Assembly: GCF_006345805.1 (NCBI RefSeq)
Contig: NC_043019.1
Coordinates: 30,069,360 to 30,133,359 of the forward strand
Source: Octopus sinensis
Taxonomy: Eukaryota
DNA length: 64,000 nucleotides
Direction: 5' to 3'
The notes under the pieces were generated by a model. It saw only the letters and a program-made list of their open reading frames with translations, was not told where the DNA came from and did no database searches. Shown piece after piece: positions 1-12,421 of the stretch (position 1 is the stretch's first letter; every line of letters begins with the position of its first letter). The position numbers and the translations under genes are program-made.

Positions 1-87
1 TAATAAATAAGTGTTTGCATTTGAATACATCTAACCTTCAAGTTAAGCATCCAATGTAATGAATAAAACCTCTATAAGCATTTCATC

Positions 88-120
<33 letters not shown>

Positions 121-450
121 TTATCATGGAAGTTTTGAAGGATGCAGTGCTCTGACAACTAACAACTGATGCCGGCAGTTTGTTCCATACTTCAGCAACT
201 CTTAGCATGAAAAAATGTTTCCAAAAGTCATGGGAGCTGTGCTGTTTTCTGACTTTGTAAACATGTCCATGGGTGTTAGACAGATGGAATTTGAAAAGAT
301 GCTCACAGTTATTGTTTGTAAGATAGTTAATAATTTTATGGGTGTCTGCCAAGTCAGCTGCCAGACGTCGGAGTTTCAATGTATCCATGCCCAGGGAAGT
401 AAGGCGTTTAGAATATGGCAAATGCCTGATGGAGGGTATTCTCTTGGTTG
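88..450 (-). mobile_element. 5'-truncated CR1/L2-clade LINE 3' end with (TAA)n-type tail
   Basis: ORF 83-421(-) reads YSKRLTSLGMDTLKLRRLAADL...THGHVYKVRK...KHFFMLRVAEVWNKLPASVV, the typical CR1-type post-RT C-terminus (TRGH..KL, FFS.RVV..WN.LP). It ends in an (AAT)n tract at about 88-120. Confidence 0.85.
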
Positions 451-451
451 C

Positions 452-677
452 ACCCTTTCGTTACCAACCCAGCTGAAACTGGCTCTGGCTCTGAGTACAA
501 ATGTCTTGTTTTCATAAGTTTTGAATTAAAATCTTCCACCAAACCGTAGTCACAATTTATGCTCTTAACACCAGCTGAATGATAACTAAGTTATTTTACT
601 AAATTCTTTGTTATATTTAAAGTAATTGAAAGAAATACAGTGCATCTCAAAATAAATACAGTAATGAAAGAGTTAAC
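452..677 (+). mobile_element. TTAA-type (piggyBac-like) MITE, family 1
   Basis: Ends CCCTTT...AAAGAGTTAA. Same ~225-bp sequence occurs at ~1732-1960 (-) and ~37125-37350 (+), both with TTAACCCTTT...AAAGGGTTAA termini. Confidence 0.75.
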
Positions 678-2323
678 TCTTAACTATGAAATTAAATTCC
701 ATGGTTATTCCAGTAATGATGTTAAATACTCACAAAAAGTTAGAATTGGTATTTCCTCTAAGTCACATTCCTCAATAGACATGACATCACAACAAAAAAT
801 AGTTTCAAATATGACATTCCTCAGAAAAAGATAGAATGATATATAAAACTGATTTCTGCAGTTAAGGATAATTAAATTTTGGGTGGAGATATCTGCTATT
901 GACAGTAAAAGGGTTAAAATAAAAATAGGAGACATTGGATAGTATGGTCCTGAATTCAGGGTGTCTTGAAAGAAGTAGGACAGCCATGGCTGGAATGTCT
1001 TTGATCACATGTTTGATAAAGTCCCTTAACCTGTTCACTGTGAAATAAAATTTCCTGGATATTCCAGTGATGATGTTAAATATCAACAAAAAAATACAAT
1101 TGGTATTTTCTGCAGGTCATATTACCTCAATAAATTTGACATAGAGGTGCGTTACCGCATGCTTTCTGGGTTCAGTCCCACTATGTGGCACCTTGGGCAA
1201 ACGTCTTCTGCAATAGCCTCAGGCCAACCAAAGCCTTGTGAGAGGATTTGGTAGATGGAAACTAGAAGAAGCCCGTCATATGTGTGTGTGTGTAGGTTTA
1301 TGTGTGTGTGTGTAGGTTATGTGTGTGTGTGTGTGTTTGTGTGTGTGTTTGTCTCCCACCATCATTTGACAATTGGTGTTGGTGTGTTTACGTCCCTGTA
1401 ACTTAACAGTTCAGCAAAAGAGACCAATAGAATAAGTAGCAGGCTTAGCAAAAGATTAAATCCTGGGGTTGATTCATTTGACTAAAAATTCTTCGAGGTG
1501 GTGCCTCAGCATGGCCACAGTCTAATGACTGAAACAAGTAAAAAGAAAAAAAGAACAAAAGAAAAGAAAAAAACAAAAAAGAGATACATCAACCAAAAAA
1601 TAGTTTCAAGCATGACATTCCTCACCAAAAGATAGACTGGTATATAAAACAACTTCCCAAAGTAAAGGGTAATGAAATTTTGAATGGATATATCTAATGG
1701 CTGCAACAAATGGGTTAATAATATTCTGTTTTAACCCTTTCCTTATACTGTATTTATTTTGAGAGCCTCTGTTTTTCTCTCAACTATTTTAAATATAAGA
1801 AAGAATTTAGTAAAATAACTTAGTTATCATTAATCTAGTGTTAGGAACATTAATTGTGACTAAGGTTTGGTGGAAGATTTTAATTCAAAACTTATGAAAA
1901 CAAGACATTTGTACTACAGAGCCAGAGCAGGTTTCAGCCGGGTTGGTATCAAAAGGGTTAATGTAAATGTATTTGAATTTCCCTCTTTCAATCTGTCAAT
2001 TTTCTTGCATTGAAGGTTACTCATAAGGGGCATATGGTTTTTTTTCAGATAATCATAATATAAATATTCAATATATTTATTGATTTTTATTTTATATCTT
2101 CTAGGATTTCATTCATGTGATATTTTGTGTGTGTGTGTTATTGCTTATTTAGAGTTCTTAATTTTGCCTTTTATAAATATGCTGCGAGTTGTTGATTTAA
2201 CATATTCTAACCTCCAGTTAGATGTGTGAATGTTTAGAAATAGCTCACATGCACTGGAAGGTCAGTAGCTTCAGTAAAAGTGTTTGTGTCTGTGTGTGTG
2301 TGTACATATGTATGCATGTGTAT

Positions 2324-2735
2324 GCAGGAGTGGCTGTGTGGTAAGTAGCTTGCTAACCAACCACATGGTTCCGGGTTCAGTCCCACTGTGTGGCATCTTG
2401 GGCAAGTGTCTTCTGCTATAGCCCCGGGCCAACCAATGCCTTGTGAGTGGATTTGGTAGACGGAAACTGAAAGAAGCCTGTCGTATATATGTATATATAT
2501 ATATATGTATGTGTGTGCGTGTTTGTGTGTCTGTGTTTGTCCCCCTAGCATTGCTTGATAACCGATGCTGGTGTGTTTACATCCCCGTCACTTAGCAGTT
2601 TGGCAAAAAAGACCGATAGAATAAGTACTGGGCTTACAAAGAATAAGTCCCGGGGTCGATTTGCTCGACTAAAAGCGGTGCTCCAGCATGGCCACAGTCA
2701 AATGACTGAGACAAGTAAAAGAGAGAGTAAAAGAG
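2324..2735 (+). mobile_element. SINE group B (tRNA-derived head, CORE-like centre, GAGTAAAA tail), young full-length copy
   Basis: A box TGGCTGTGTGG, B box GGTTCAGTCCC, CORE-like GGCA(C/T)CTTGGGCAAGTG, internal (TA)/(TG) tract, tail GCGGTGCTCCAGCATGGCC...GACTGA(A/G)ACAAGTAAAAGAG. Other copies at ~1145-1545, 3330-3750(-), 14335-14790(-), 39750-39960, 41325-41560(-), 44515-44935, 46375-46600(-), 47272-48680, 50720-51110(-), 51960-52400(-). Confidence 0.9.
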
Positions 2736-3033
2736 TATATTTCTTTAGGAAGTCCTTGTATTCGTCCTTCTTTCCCAGGATATGACTACCCTCTAAAATG
2801 CTCTCCCAGGCTATGTTTTTTTTTTACCTGCTGCTCAAGAGCAACATCAACTAATGTCAAGGAACCCACGACAGCTGTGGACACAATCCCTGTCTCTTTC
2901 TCCAGAGCAAACCCTTATAAAAAATACTGAACAGGAGGATTTAAACAGGTAGTTAAAGGGATTTAAAGTGATTTAAAAGACAGAAAGATTTAAAGATAAT
3001 GTCAAAGAGATTTTGAGACAAAAACAGTGAGGT

Positions 3034-3260
3034 TTAACCCTTTCGTATTTAAACCGGCCATATCCGGCCAAAATAGTTAATCTGTTTTATGTTCAAACTG
3101 ACCAGATCCAGGCTCTCACACCTACCCTACAATGTTATTCTACATTAAGTAATTACACCATCAAGATCTTGAAGATATGAGATAATGCATGATTAATTCA
3201 AATCAATGGGAATCAATAAGCATTATGTTTGATTGAATAATCTGAACACTAAAGGGTTAA
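3034..3260 (+). mobile_element. TTAA-type MITE, family 2
   Basis: TTAA-CCCTTT...AAAGGG-TTAA. Near-identical copy at 36602-36825. Diverged or partial copies at ~9260-9425, 10580-10720, 13265-13700, 36826-37036, 44313-44986, 47159-48790. Confidence 0.8.
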
Positions 3261-3329
3261 AGAAATTTAAAGGCAAAAAAAAGTAGCAATTAATCTTTTA
3301 GCATTCCGACTACTCTCAAATGGAATGCT

Positions 3330-3750
3330 TATTTACTCTTTTATGCATTTACTTGTTTCAGTCATGTGACTATGGCTATGCTGGAGCACCGCCTTTAGTT
3401 GAGCAAATTGACCCCAGGACTTATTCTTTGTAAGCCTAGTACTTATTCTATCAGTCTCTTTTGCTGAACCGCTAAGGTTACGGGGACGTAAACACGCCAG
3501 CATAGGTTGTCAGGCGATGGGGGTGGGGGTGGGGGCAAACACAGACACACAAATATATACACACATGCACATACATGTATACATTTATATGACTGTCTTC
3601 TTTCAATTTCCGTCTAACAAATCCACTCACAAGGCTTTGGTTGGCCCGAGGCTATAGTAGAAGACACTTGCCCAAGGTGCCACGCAGTGGGACTGAACCT
3701 GGAACCACACAGCCACTCCTACACCTATAGCTACTTACCACACAATCACT
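3330..3750 (-). mobile_element. SINE group B, minus strand
   Basis: Reverse complement of the 2324-2735 element (TTTTACTTGTTTCAGTCA...GCTGGAGCACCGCC...CCAAGGTGCCACGCAGTGGGACTGAACC). Confidence 0.85.
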
Positions 3751-4189
3751 CATACACCTTTATATTTGAAAAGTTTTCTCTTACTTTTTTTAATTACAAA
3801 GCTTTTGATTAGATCCTCAAAATTAGTCTTAGGCAATACATCTGCTTCTATACTTAGTAGAGATAAGACATCCAGCTTGCCTTGTTACATGATTGTGCTG
3901 ACGGGATTTCTAATATACTTCAACTAAGAAAATGAATGCTCAGCTGAGCAATTTGTGACTATTAATATTAAATATATATATACAAAAGGCAATGTCTACA
4001 TTTGGAAAGGCACACTCAATAATGTTTATTCTAGCAAATAAATCTGAAGTGATTTCTTTTGTATTGTACACCATTTACCATTTCTTTGGTGTCCCACCTT
4101 CCCTTATTGCCCTAAGCATGAACTTATTTTGCTTAATGGTTAATGCATTACTTTAATAGTGTAAGGCAGAAAATCATCATTTTCATTTA

Positions 4190-4445
4190 ATGTCCGCTTT
4201 CCATGCTAGGATGGGTTGGACGATTTGACTGAGGTCTGGTGAACCAGACTCCAATCTGATCTGGCAGAGTTTCTACGGCTGGATGCCCTTCCTAACGCCA
4301 ACCACTCCGAGAGTGCAGTGGGTGCTTTTACGTGCCACCAGCACGAGGGCCAGTTTGGTGGTACTGGCAATGGCCACGCTCAAATGGTGCTTTTTACGTG
4401 CCACCTGCACCAGTGCCAGTCTAGCGGCATTGGCGACGACCTCGC
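4190..4445 (-). mobile_element. RTE LINE 3'UTR fragment
   Basis: TTAATGTCCGCTTTCCATGCTAG...GGATGCCCTTCCTAACGCCAACCACTCCG is the reverse complement of the 3'UTR that follows the RTE ORF at 5925-6356. Confidence 0.85.
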
Positions 4446-4571
4446 ATGAATGCAAAGAGAAAAGATAATATAGAAAATATAGCTAGTTTAAATGCTAAAG
4501 GGTTAAAGATGGAAGAATACATTGGCCAACATAGTCATTGATATACGAGAAAAGACAGGATTATTATGGAA

Positions 4572-4952
4572 CTAGCAGTATCGCCCGGCGTTGCTCGGGT
4601 TTGTAAGGGAAATAACTATAAAGCATTTTTAGAGAGTTATAGCCAAAAAATAGCAAAAAATGGAAAAAAATTTATGGTAAATTTTTTTGAGAGTTAAAAA
4701 GGTCGAGTTGCGTCCCCTTGACAGTCTGTGGTTTGTGTTTCTGAATCTCGACCCCATGTCGAATTTATCGATTTTTTTCAGAACTGGGGAACTTTTCAAA
4801 ATTTTCGCTGCGTTAGTTTTGAATTATGACATTGGGCTATGGGTGTGTCAAGTTTCATCAGAATCGGTTGAAAGCCGTGGTCAGGGTGAGGGTACAACCT
4901 AACAGACACACAGACACGCAGACAGACAAACTGCCGTTTATATAGAGAGAGA
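4572..4952 (-). mobile_element. Non-autonomous Helitron-like element
   Basis: On the minus strand it starts TC(TCTCTCTATATAAA) and ends GAGCAACGCCGGGCGATACTGCTAG. It sits between A and T with no TSD. The 3' ~25 nt are identical to the 7915-8306 element but the interior differs. Confidence 0.8.
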
Positions 4953-5907
4953 TACTTTTAATCAAGAGGATAACAACAAAAAAATCCTTTGTTAGAATTA
5001 GTGGCCAACTCTCACTGAAATTGCAGTGTGCTATCTTAAAAAGAAGAATACATTGGGTGATAATGTAGTCTAAATAAATAACACTACAAAAAAATAAAAA
5101 TAAAAGATAGGAATGACTTTTATCATAGGTTAACTTGATCAGGTCTGACCTGAGATTTAACAGCAACATCAAAATAGAATGTCTAGCTCTTGTCTAATAA
5201 AAAAAAAAAATGGATGATTAAGTTTCTCAAAACCAATGCCAAAATATCTGATATGATGATGATGACATTAACAGTGGTGGTGTGGTGGTAGTGATGGTTT
5301 TGGTGGTGGCAGTCGCGACAACATAAATCCTTCTTAAAGTGAAAAAGAAAAGATGATGAATTTATTATAGTATGTATTTACTTTGATGGTATCAATTTTT
5401 CTATTTCCCACGAAGCCAGAAGTCTTGGTGTTGTATTCAATATACGTACACAACCTTTAACCAAAATATCATTGATAAACTGATCAATCATTCATGATTT
5501 ACAAAATAAAAGACCATTGGAAAGAATTTGCTGCACTTTTAAGGAAAGCTTTTTCATACACTTAAGAAGCCAAAATTCTTATCAATTTTGTCATCGCTTC
5601 AAAATGGTGAATCTAGTTATTAACCCTCACTTTTCAATGCTTTTAGGAAAATGTGTTCAAAGAGAAAAGAAAATCCTCCAAAATAATTAATTCAACTAAT
5701 AGGTGCAGGTGTGGTTGTAGAGTAAGAAGCTTGCTTTCCAACCACATGGTTCTAGGTTCAGTCTGTCTGTGTGGTACCTTGGACATATGTCTTTTACTAC
5801 AAGACTTTCACAATTCACTACAATCCACTCACAAGGCTTTGGTTGGCCTGAGGCTTGTAGTAAAAGACTATTTGTAGTAAAATAGTAAAATTTGTAATAA
5901 TATATAT

Positions 5908-6930
5908 TAGGCAGACTGTATATAGGCAGACTGTATGATGCATGTGTACGAACAGCTATGCTACATGGCAGTGAAACATGGGCCGTGACTGCTGAGGACA
6001 TGCGTAAGCTCGTGAGGAACGAAGCCAGTATGCTCCGATGGATGTGTAATATCAGTGTACTTACTCGACAGAGCGTTAGTACCTTGAGAGAAATGTTGTA
6101 CCTAAGAAGCATCAGTTGTTGTGTGCAAGAGAGACGATTGCGCTGGTATGGTCATGTGGCGAGAATGGATGAAGATAGGTGTGTGAGAAAGTGCCAATCC
6201 CTAGCAGTTGAGGGAATCCGTGGAAGAGGTAGACCCAGGAAAACCTGGGACGAGGTGGTGAAGCACGACCTTCGGACGTTAGGTCTCACCATGGAAATGA
6301 CTAGAGACCGTGACCTATGGAAGTATGCTGTGCGTGAGAAGACCCGGCAAGACTAGTGAAGCCATAATCCGTGGCCCCTACCTGGGACGTAGTCAGTCCA
6401 CCTGTGCATACCTTCCTTCTTGTGACACTTGTGAAGACTTGTTGAGGCAAGTGAGAATCGAATCGAATCGAATCAAATCGAATCAAATCAAATCAAATCG
6501 AACCAAATCAATAGATGAACATCAACGGAATTTGTATCCTTGTGGTACCAGTGCCGGTGGCACATAAGAAAACCATCCGAACGTGACCGTAGCCAGTACC
6601 GCAACGACTGGCCTCCGTGCTGAGGGCACGTAACAAACACCATCTGAGCGTGGCCGTCAGCCAGCCTCGTCTGGCACCTGTGTCGGTGGCACATAAAAAA
6701 CACCATCCGAGCGTGGCCGTCTGCCAGCCTCGTCTGGCACCTGTGTCGGTGGCACATAAAATCACCCACTACACTCTCGGAGTGGTTGGCGTTAGGAAGG
6801 GCATCCAGCTGTAGAAACACTGCCATATCTGACTGGCCTGGTGCAGCCTTCGGGCTTGCCAGACCCCAGTTGAACCGTCCAACCCATGCTAGCATGGAAA
6901 GCGGACGTTAAACGATGATGATGATGATGA

Positions 6931-6934
<4 letters not shown>
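5908..6934 (+). mobile_element. 5'-truncated RTE-clade LINE (RT C-terminus + 3'UTR + (GAT)n tail)
   Basis: ORF 5958-6356: LHGSETW...RRLRWYGHVARM...GRGRPRKTWDEV...DRDLW, the RTE C-terminal signature. Followed by a ~570-bp UTR with internal ~63-bp repeats, ending GGACGTTAAAC(GAT)n. Confidence 0.92.
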
Positions 6935-6990
<56 letters not shown>

Positions 6991-7009
6991 GCCATGATAG
7001 ATCGTTAGC

Positions 7010-7180
7010 CACTACACACATTTTTTTCTCTCCTTTTTTCTGAGTCCCTTTCTGTAGAAGAGTGTAGGCTCGAAACATAAAAGACTGTTTCTATTCCTGA
7101 GCATTATACTAATACATCTGTTTGTTTTGTACACCACCTGTCTTCGTCTTTTGTTTTTTTCATAAACTCTCCCTATATAT
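7010..7180 (+). mobile_element. Penelope-like element terminal-repeat fragment (tentative)
   Basis: Embedded between (TA)n tracts. Contains CTGTAGAAGAGTGTAGGCTCGAAACAT, a degenerate CTGANGA(A)-stem-GAAAC motif of the kind found in PLE terminal repeats. Confidence 0.45.
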
Positions 7181-7741
7181 ATAAATTAATAAAGGTGGCT
7201 AGATGCAATATAAAACTAAAAAAGAAGACTTCAGTTGTCATTAATAGTGAATGAGGGTTCATTGTATCACCTACATTGCTAGAAATAAGAGTCAAAGACC
7301 CTTATAGCCACAAACAGCACAAGTCTATGACTAATAGGGGAGTTAACTGCCCATAGCAAAGCGAAGGTATTAAATTGGCATGTCAATTTTGCTTGAAATT
7401 AAAGCTCATCAGTAGTACTAGCCCATCTCTTGTAGTTAAGTGTGTGTATGTGTGTTGGTGTATGTGTTTGTCCTCCACTGCCACTTGACAATTGGTGTTG
7501 GTGTGTCCCTGTAAGTTAGTAGCTTGGCAAAAGGGACCAATAAAATAAGTACTAGGCTTTAAAAGAACAAGAGCTGGGACTGATTTGCTAAAATTCTTCA
7601 AGGTACTGCCCCAGCATGGCCAAAGTCTAATGACTGAAACAAGTAAAAAATGAAAGATGTTTAGGCTGGGATTCCTTTTAGGAAGAGCAGCTTTTTCCAG
7701 TTCTGAGTGTGTATGCTTGGATAAGTTCATATTCTGTAGAG

Positions 7742-8825
7742 CAGGAGTTGTCACCCAGGGACCATATGACTCCTGAGGGTCCATATCAGATCTTTGGGGC
7801 TCCATGCAAGCAAAATAGTAAATTTGAGCTCTACAGAAGTATTTTAAGGATTTATGAATAAATTTTGCTGTTAGGTGTATTTATTGCAAGAAACAGCCAG
7901 GTTTCTTTCTCTAATCTATATATATAAAGCTGAAGTTGTCTGTGTGTGGCAGGTTTGGTAGCCTTCAACTAACACTATCTCCTCCGAGACCCTGCAGCAC
8001 AAGTTGACCAAAATTGAGAGTATGATAGAAGAAGGTTTGCTCTTCATTCTGTAGAAGGTAAAATTCAAATCGGACCATGTTAAGACCAAAAATTATTTAC
8101 ATCAAAAAGGTGCTTTTTTTTCTATGAAAATCCCTATTTTTTACGATTTTTTTTACTGCAGTGTCGCCATTTTTCGGTGTATTTCAACCAGAAAAATGTT
8201 CACTTAAAGAGAATAACAAGCTACATAATGCAAAATTTTTACTTTTCAAAAATTCCAATTCTAAAGGGTCGAAACAAACCTGAGCAACGCCGGGCGATAC
8301 TGCTAGTATATATATAAAGCTGATTGTCTGTGTGTGGCAGGTTTGGTAGCCTTCAACTAACAATATCTCCTCCGAGACCCTGCAGCACAAGTTGACCAAA
8401 ATTGAGAGTATGATAGAAGAAGGCTTGCTCTTCTTTCTGTAGAAGATAAAATTCAAATCGGACATCAATTTTTTATGGTGTATTTCAACCAGAAAAATGT
8501 TCACTTAAAGAGAATAACAAGCTACATAATGCAAGATTTTTACTTTTCAAAAATTCCAATTCTAAAGGGTCGAAACAAACCTGAGCAATGCTGGACGATA
8601 CTGCTAGTTCAATACGTTTTCAGTCTCTGAAACATGTTTTCTCAGTGAAGGATATTGCAAACCTACGCAAATGAATCTGTGAAAAACAAAATAGGAATTT
8701 TGAAAGAAGTGTCTATGAAACTAGTTTTTAAACATCAAACAGCTACAGGAGTTCACCAGAATAAAATAGTCATCAAAGGGGTCCATAGATTAAAACGAAA
8801 AAAAAAGAATGGTGGAGAATCCCTG
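7742..8825. mobile_element. hAT-like MITE interrupted by a Helitron dimer
   Basis: Ends CAGGAGTTGTCACC...GGTGGAGAATCCCTG. Flanked by 8-bp direct repeats CTGTAGAG (7734-7741) and CTGTAAAG (8826-8833). Confidence 0.65.
7915..8607 (+). mobile_element. Head-to-tail dimer of a non-autonomous Helitron
   Basis: A|TCTATATATATAAAG...GCGATACTGCTAG (7915-8306), then directly a second, internally deleted copy (8307-8607) ending CTAG|T. GC-rich subterminal hairpin, no TSD. Confidence 0.85.
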
Positions 8826-8897
8826 CTGTAAAGGGAAGAAGAACGTGATATTTCAGGATTGATTGTTTGTGCGAGACGAAAATATTTTCTTTCGCAG

Positions 8898-8946
8898 ATG
8901 AAGAGACTGTCTCAAAATCCTCAAATTTATGTTCTACTCACAGCAT
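8898..8946 (+). CDS. Weak candidate internal exon ((D)EETVSKSSNLCSTHS)
   Basis: Strong acceptor ATTTTCTTTCGCAG, open frame, donor AT|GTGAAT. Short and without recognisable homology. Confidence 0.2.
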
Positions 8947-9084
8947 GTGAATGAACTTCAATACTTCCTCTTTTGAGAAGTAAAAAGAAAAATTCTTTAT
9001 TCTCACTCTCAGCATAGAAGGAAATAATGACTAGGAACCATCATCATCATCATCATCATCATCACCATCACCACCACCACCACC

Positions 9085-9116
<32 letters not shown>

Positions 9117-10763
9117 ACTGTCCACTTTACCATGCTTGTATGGGTCAGATGGATTTTATTGAAGTGGACTTTTCTATAACCAGATACCTTTCCTGCTGCC
9201 AACACCTACATAGACTGTTTCCAAACAAGGCAATATTTCCCACTGATCAGACATGTTCAAACAGGCTAGATTTGGTCTCTCACACCTATCCTACTATTTC
9301 ATCCTAAAAATACACAATCGCTTCATCAAAATCTTGAAGCTACGAGACAGTGCAAGATGAGTTTAAAACAGGTGTGAATAAACAAGCATCACATTTGACA
9401 GAATAATCTGAATGTAAAAGAGTTAAGCTTAGAATTATCTGATTGTGAAGTAAGCTTCTTAACAACCGTCTTGTTCCTAATACTTTCTGAAGAAAGTAGT
9501 CGGAACATTTATAGGAAAAAAAAAACTATTAAAATTTGCTAACAAAATTACTTGTTTTATTGACAAGAATAAAAAATATAGATATTAATTTTTTATTTAA
9601 TTTCTTCAGCTTTATTGAGTTGTAAGTTCTTTAAACTTAATCCATCATCCAGTTTGACACCACCAACCGACCCTTGACTAATGTTGGTGGTGTTTATTTT
9701 ATTGTAATTATTCAAAGCCAGTCTCTAGTGTGAGGTCATTAACATCTTGTTCCATTGTCCCCCTCCTTATCGTTCTCAGAGACCCTGTATAAAGGTCATG
9801 GGCACTGGCTTTCTTCCTCTGACTAAGCTATAAAGCGAAACCAAAAGAAAAAATACCCAAACTCTACAGGATACAATATAAAATCTTTATATACTTTGAT
9901 CTTAACAAATGTCAAGTCTGAACAAATGTCAAATCTAAAACCAGTTATAGACACAACTTTCCAATTCTTTTGTATCTATTTGCAATGTTTTCTCTTATTT
10001 TAATTATTGAACACTCTAGTGAATAATAATGCCATTGGGGAGTCTATGGGACATCAATACTGCTGGGCCTGTCTTCTGTGTTTGATGATGCTCTCAGTGG
10101 ATCAGAGCTGTATTTTGAATGGTATATTAAGTGATGCTATCACAGACAGTTGCTTTATTTCATATCTAAAACACTATATGAGAAAATGGCTTTAGTAAAT
10201 GAAAGAGAATGAGAGCAAGGTCAGTAAGATAAATTATGAGTTCATTTTAGTGGGGTGGGAGAATTGTTGGAGCATTGAGTAACTTGATATAGAGAAGCTG
10301 TTCTGATCCTTTACTTTATGACTGTATCAGACAGGTGTGACAAAGTAAAGTTGTCTGTGTTTAGCTGACAGGATGTCTTGTAAAGAATACCTGAAGGAAA
10401 ACAATAGGAAAAAAAAATTTTTTTTCGTTCTTCTAAAAATTCATTGACATGCATAAAGTGCTTGTCAGGTAAGTCACCAGGGATTGGTCATTGATTTGAT
10501 GGCAGAGAATAAAGAATATGAGATAAAAACCATAACAATCACATGTACTCCAGAGTTCAGATCTAAGTCATGTCATATTTAACCCTCTAGCATTTAAACT
10601 GGTCATAGCCAGCCAATATATTCTTCCTGTTTTATGTTCAAAGTATCCAAATCTGGCCTTCTACACCTACTTTACAATATCATTCTAAAAATAAACAATT
10701 ACATCATTGAAATCTTGGTTGAGAGCCACTGATTTACATAGAATAGTTACTGCAGTCTATATA

Positions 10764-11070
10764 AATGTGTGGAGGCACAATGGCTGAGTGGTTAGGGCAG
10801 TGGCCTTGCGGTCGTAGGATCGTAGTTTCGATACCGGACTGGGTGTTGTGAGTGTTTATTAAGCGAAAACACCTAAAGTTCCACGAGGCCCTGGCAGGGA
10901 GTGGTGGCGATCCCTGCTGTACTCTTTCACCACAGCTTTCTCTCACTCTTTCTTCTACTTAGCTGGCGGGTGGTGCGTCATTTGAAGGCTAAAACAATGC
11001 GAAAGCGCATTGTGACCAGCGATGTGTAGCAACATCTGATAGCCTGGTCGGTCATGATGATCACGGTGAT
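10764..11070 (+). mobile_element. SINE group C, tail type 2
   Basis: tRNA-like head GGAGGCACAATGGCTGAGTGGTTAG...GTTTCGATACC, body CCCTGCTGTACTCTTTCACC, tail GCGCATTGTGACCAGCGATGTGTAGCAACATCTGAT. Full copy at ~22248-22548. Confidence 0.85.
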
Positions 11071-11088
11071 ATAAATGTGTAACCGTCA

Positions 11089-11128
<40 letters not shown>

Positions 11129-11343
11129 CTTCAAACTATTGTTTTTGTTATAATCAACGTCTCCATCACTACCTCCATCATCTACATCACCATCTTCATT
11201 GTTGTCATTGTGATTGCCTCCATCACCATTGTTATTTGTTGTTGTGTTTGTAGTCATAGTAGTCATCTCATTCATCATCATCAGCATCCTCTTCATCACC
11301 ATCATCAACATCACCATCATCATCAGTCATCATATTTCATATA

Positions 11344-11787
11344 TTTCTTTATTGCCCACAAGGGGCTACACACTGAGGGAGACAAACAAGGACAGACAAA
11401 GGAATTAAGTCGATTACATCGATCCCAGTGTGTAACTGGTACTTAATTTATCGACCCTGAAAGGATGAAAGGCAAAGTCGACCTCGGCGGAATTTGAACT
11501 CAGAACGTAGTGACAGACGAAATACTGCTTAGCATTTCACCCAGTATGCTAATGTTTCTTTTTTATTTATTGCCCACAAGGGGCTAAACATAGAGGGGAC
11601 AAACAAGGACAGACAAAGGGATTAAGTCGATTACATCGATCCCAGTGCATGACTGGTACTCAATTTATCGATCCTGAAGGGATGAAAGGCAAAGTCGACC
11701 TCGGCGGAATTTGAACTCAGAACATAGCGGCAGACGAAATACCACTAAGCATTTCACCCGGCTTGCTAACGATTCTGCCAGCTCGGA
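11344..11787 (-). mobile_element. Tandem pair of SINE group A (Meta-domain-like)
   Basis: Two consecutive reverse-complement copies of GGCGAGCTGGCAGAA..GTTAGC...GAGTTCAAATTCCGCCGAGGTCGACTTTGCCTTTCATCCTTTC.GGGTCGATAAATTAAGTACC...AATAAAGAAATA. Confidence 0.9.
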
Positions 11788-11851
11788 GACTTCCATCATC
11801 AGTCATCATTGTCATCATCATCATTGTCACTGTCATGATCATCATTGCATT

Positions 11852-11886
<35 letters not shown>

Positions 11887-12383
11887 TGTCATCATCATCA
11901 TCGTCAGCAGCAGCAGCAGCATCATTTTCATCATATCATCATCATTGTCATCATCACATCATCATCACCTAATCACCATCATCATCATCATCTTCTTATT
12001 GCTTTTGCATTCACGATCAGCAGAAGCATCACCATCACCATCACTTGGTGTATAAAAATTATACGACTGCTTCTACAACACAGCTATGCATATTAGTTAT
12101 AGCTATGAGTACAAAAAAAAAAAAAAAGAGAGCAAGAGAGCGAGAGAGAGAAAGATGTGGTAAGGCAGCAGAGACACCCAATATGCATGATGAAATGCAA
12201 TCATATTTCCATATAACAGAGAAAGATTTAAAGTGGACAATAAGAGAACCTAACCTAACTCCATGGATTCGTTCCTATTGACTAGCTTCTTTATAATCAT
12301 TGTCACAAAGCCAATTCAATTCAATGTCATAGAAAGATTAGATAAAGAGATATATGTATATAAACATATGTGTGTGCATGTAC

Positions 12384-12421
<38 letters not shown>

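Noticed and set aside
1062-1140. GTGATGA resembling a snoRNA C box
   Set aside because: No downstream CTGA D box or terminal stem, and the paralogous copy at ~710 has lost the motif.
10007-10468. 62-aa ORF and a strong CAG|GTAAGT donor at 10468
   Set aside because: No matching acceptor gives an open frame up to the donor and there is no recognisable protein similarity. It could be a non-coding exon but cannot be supported.
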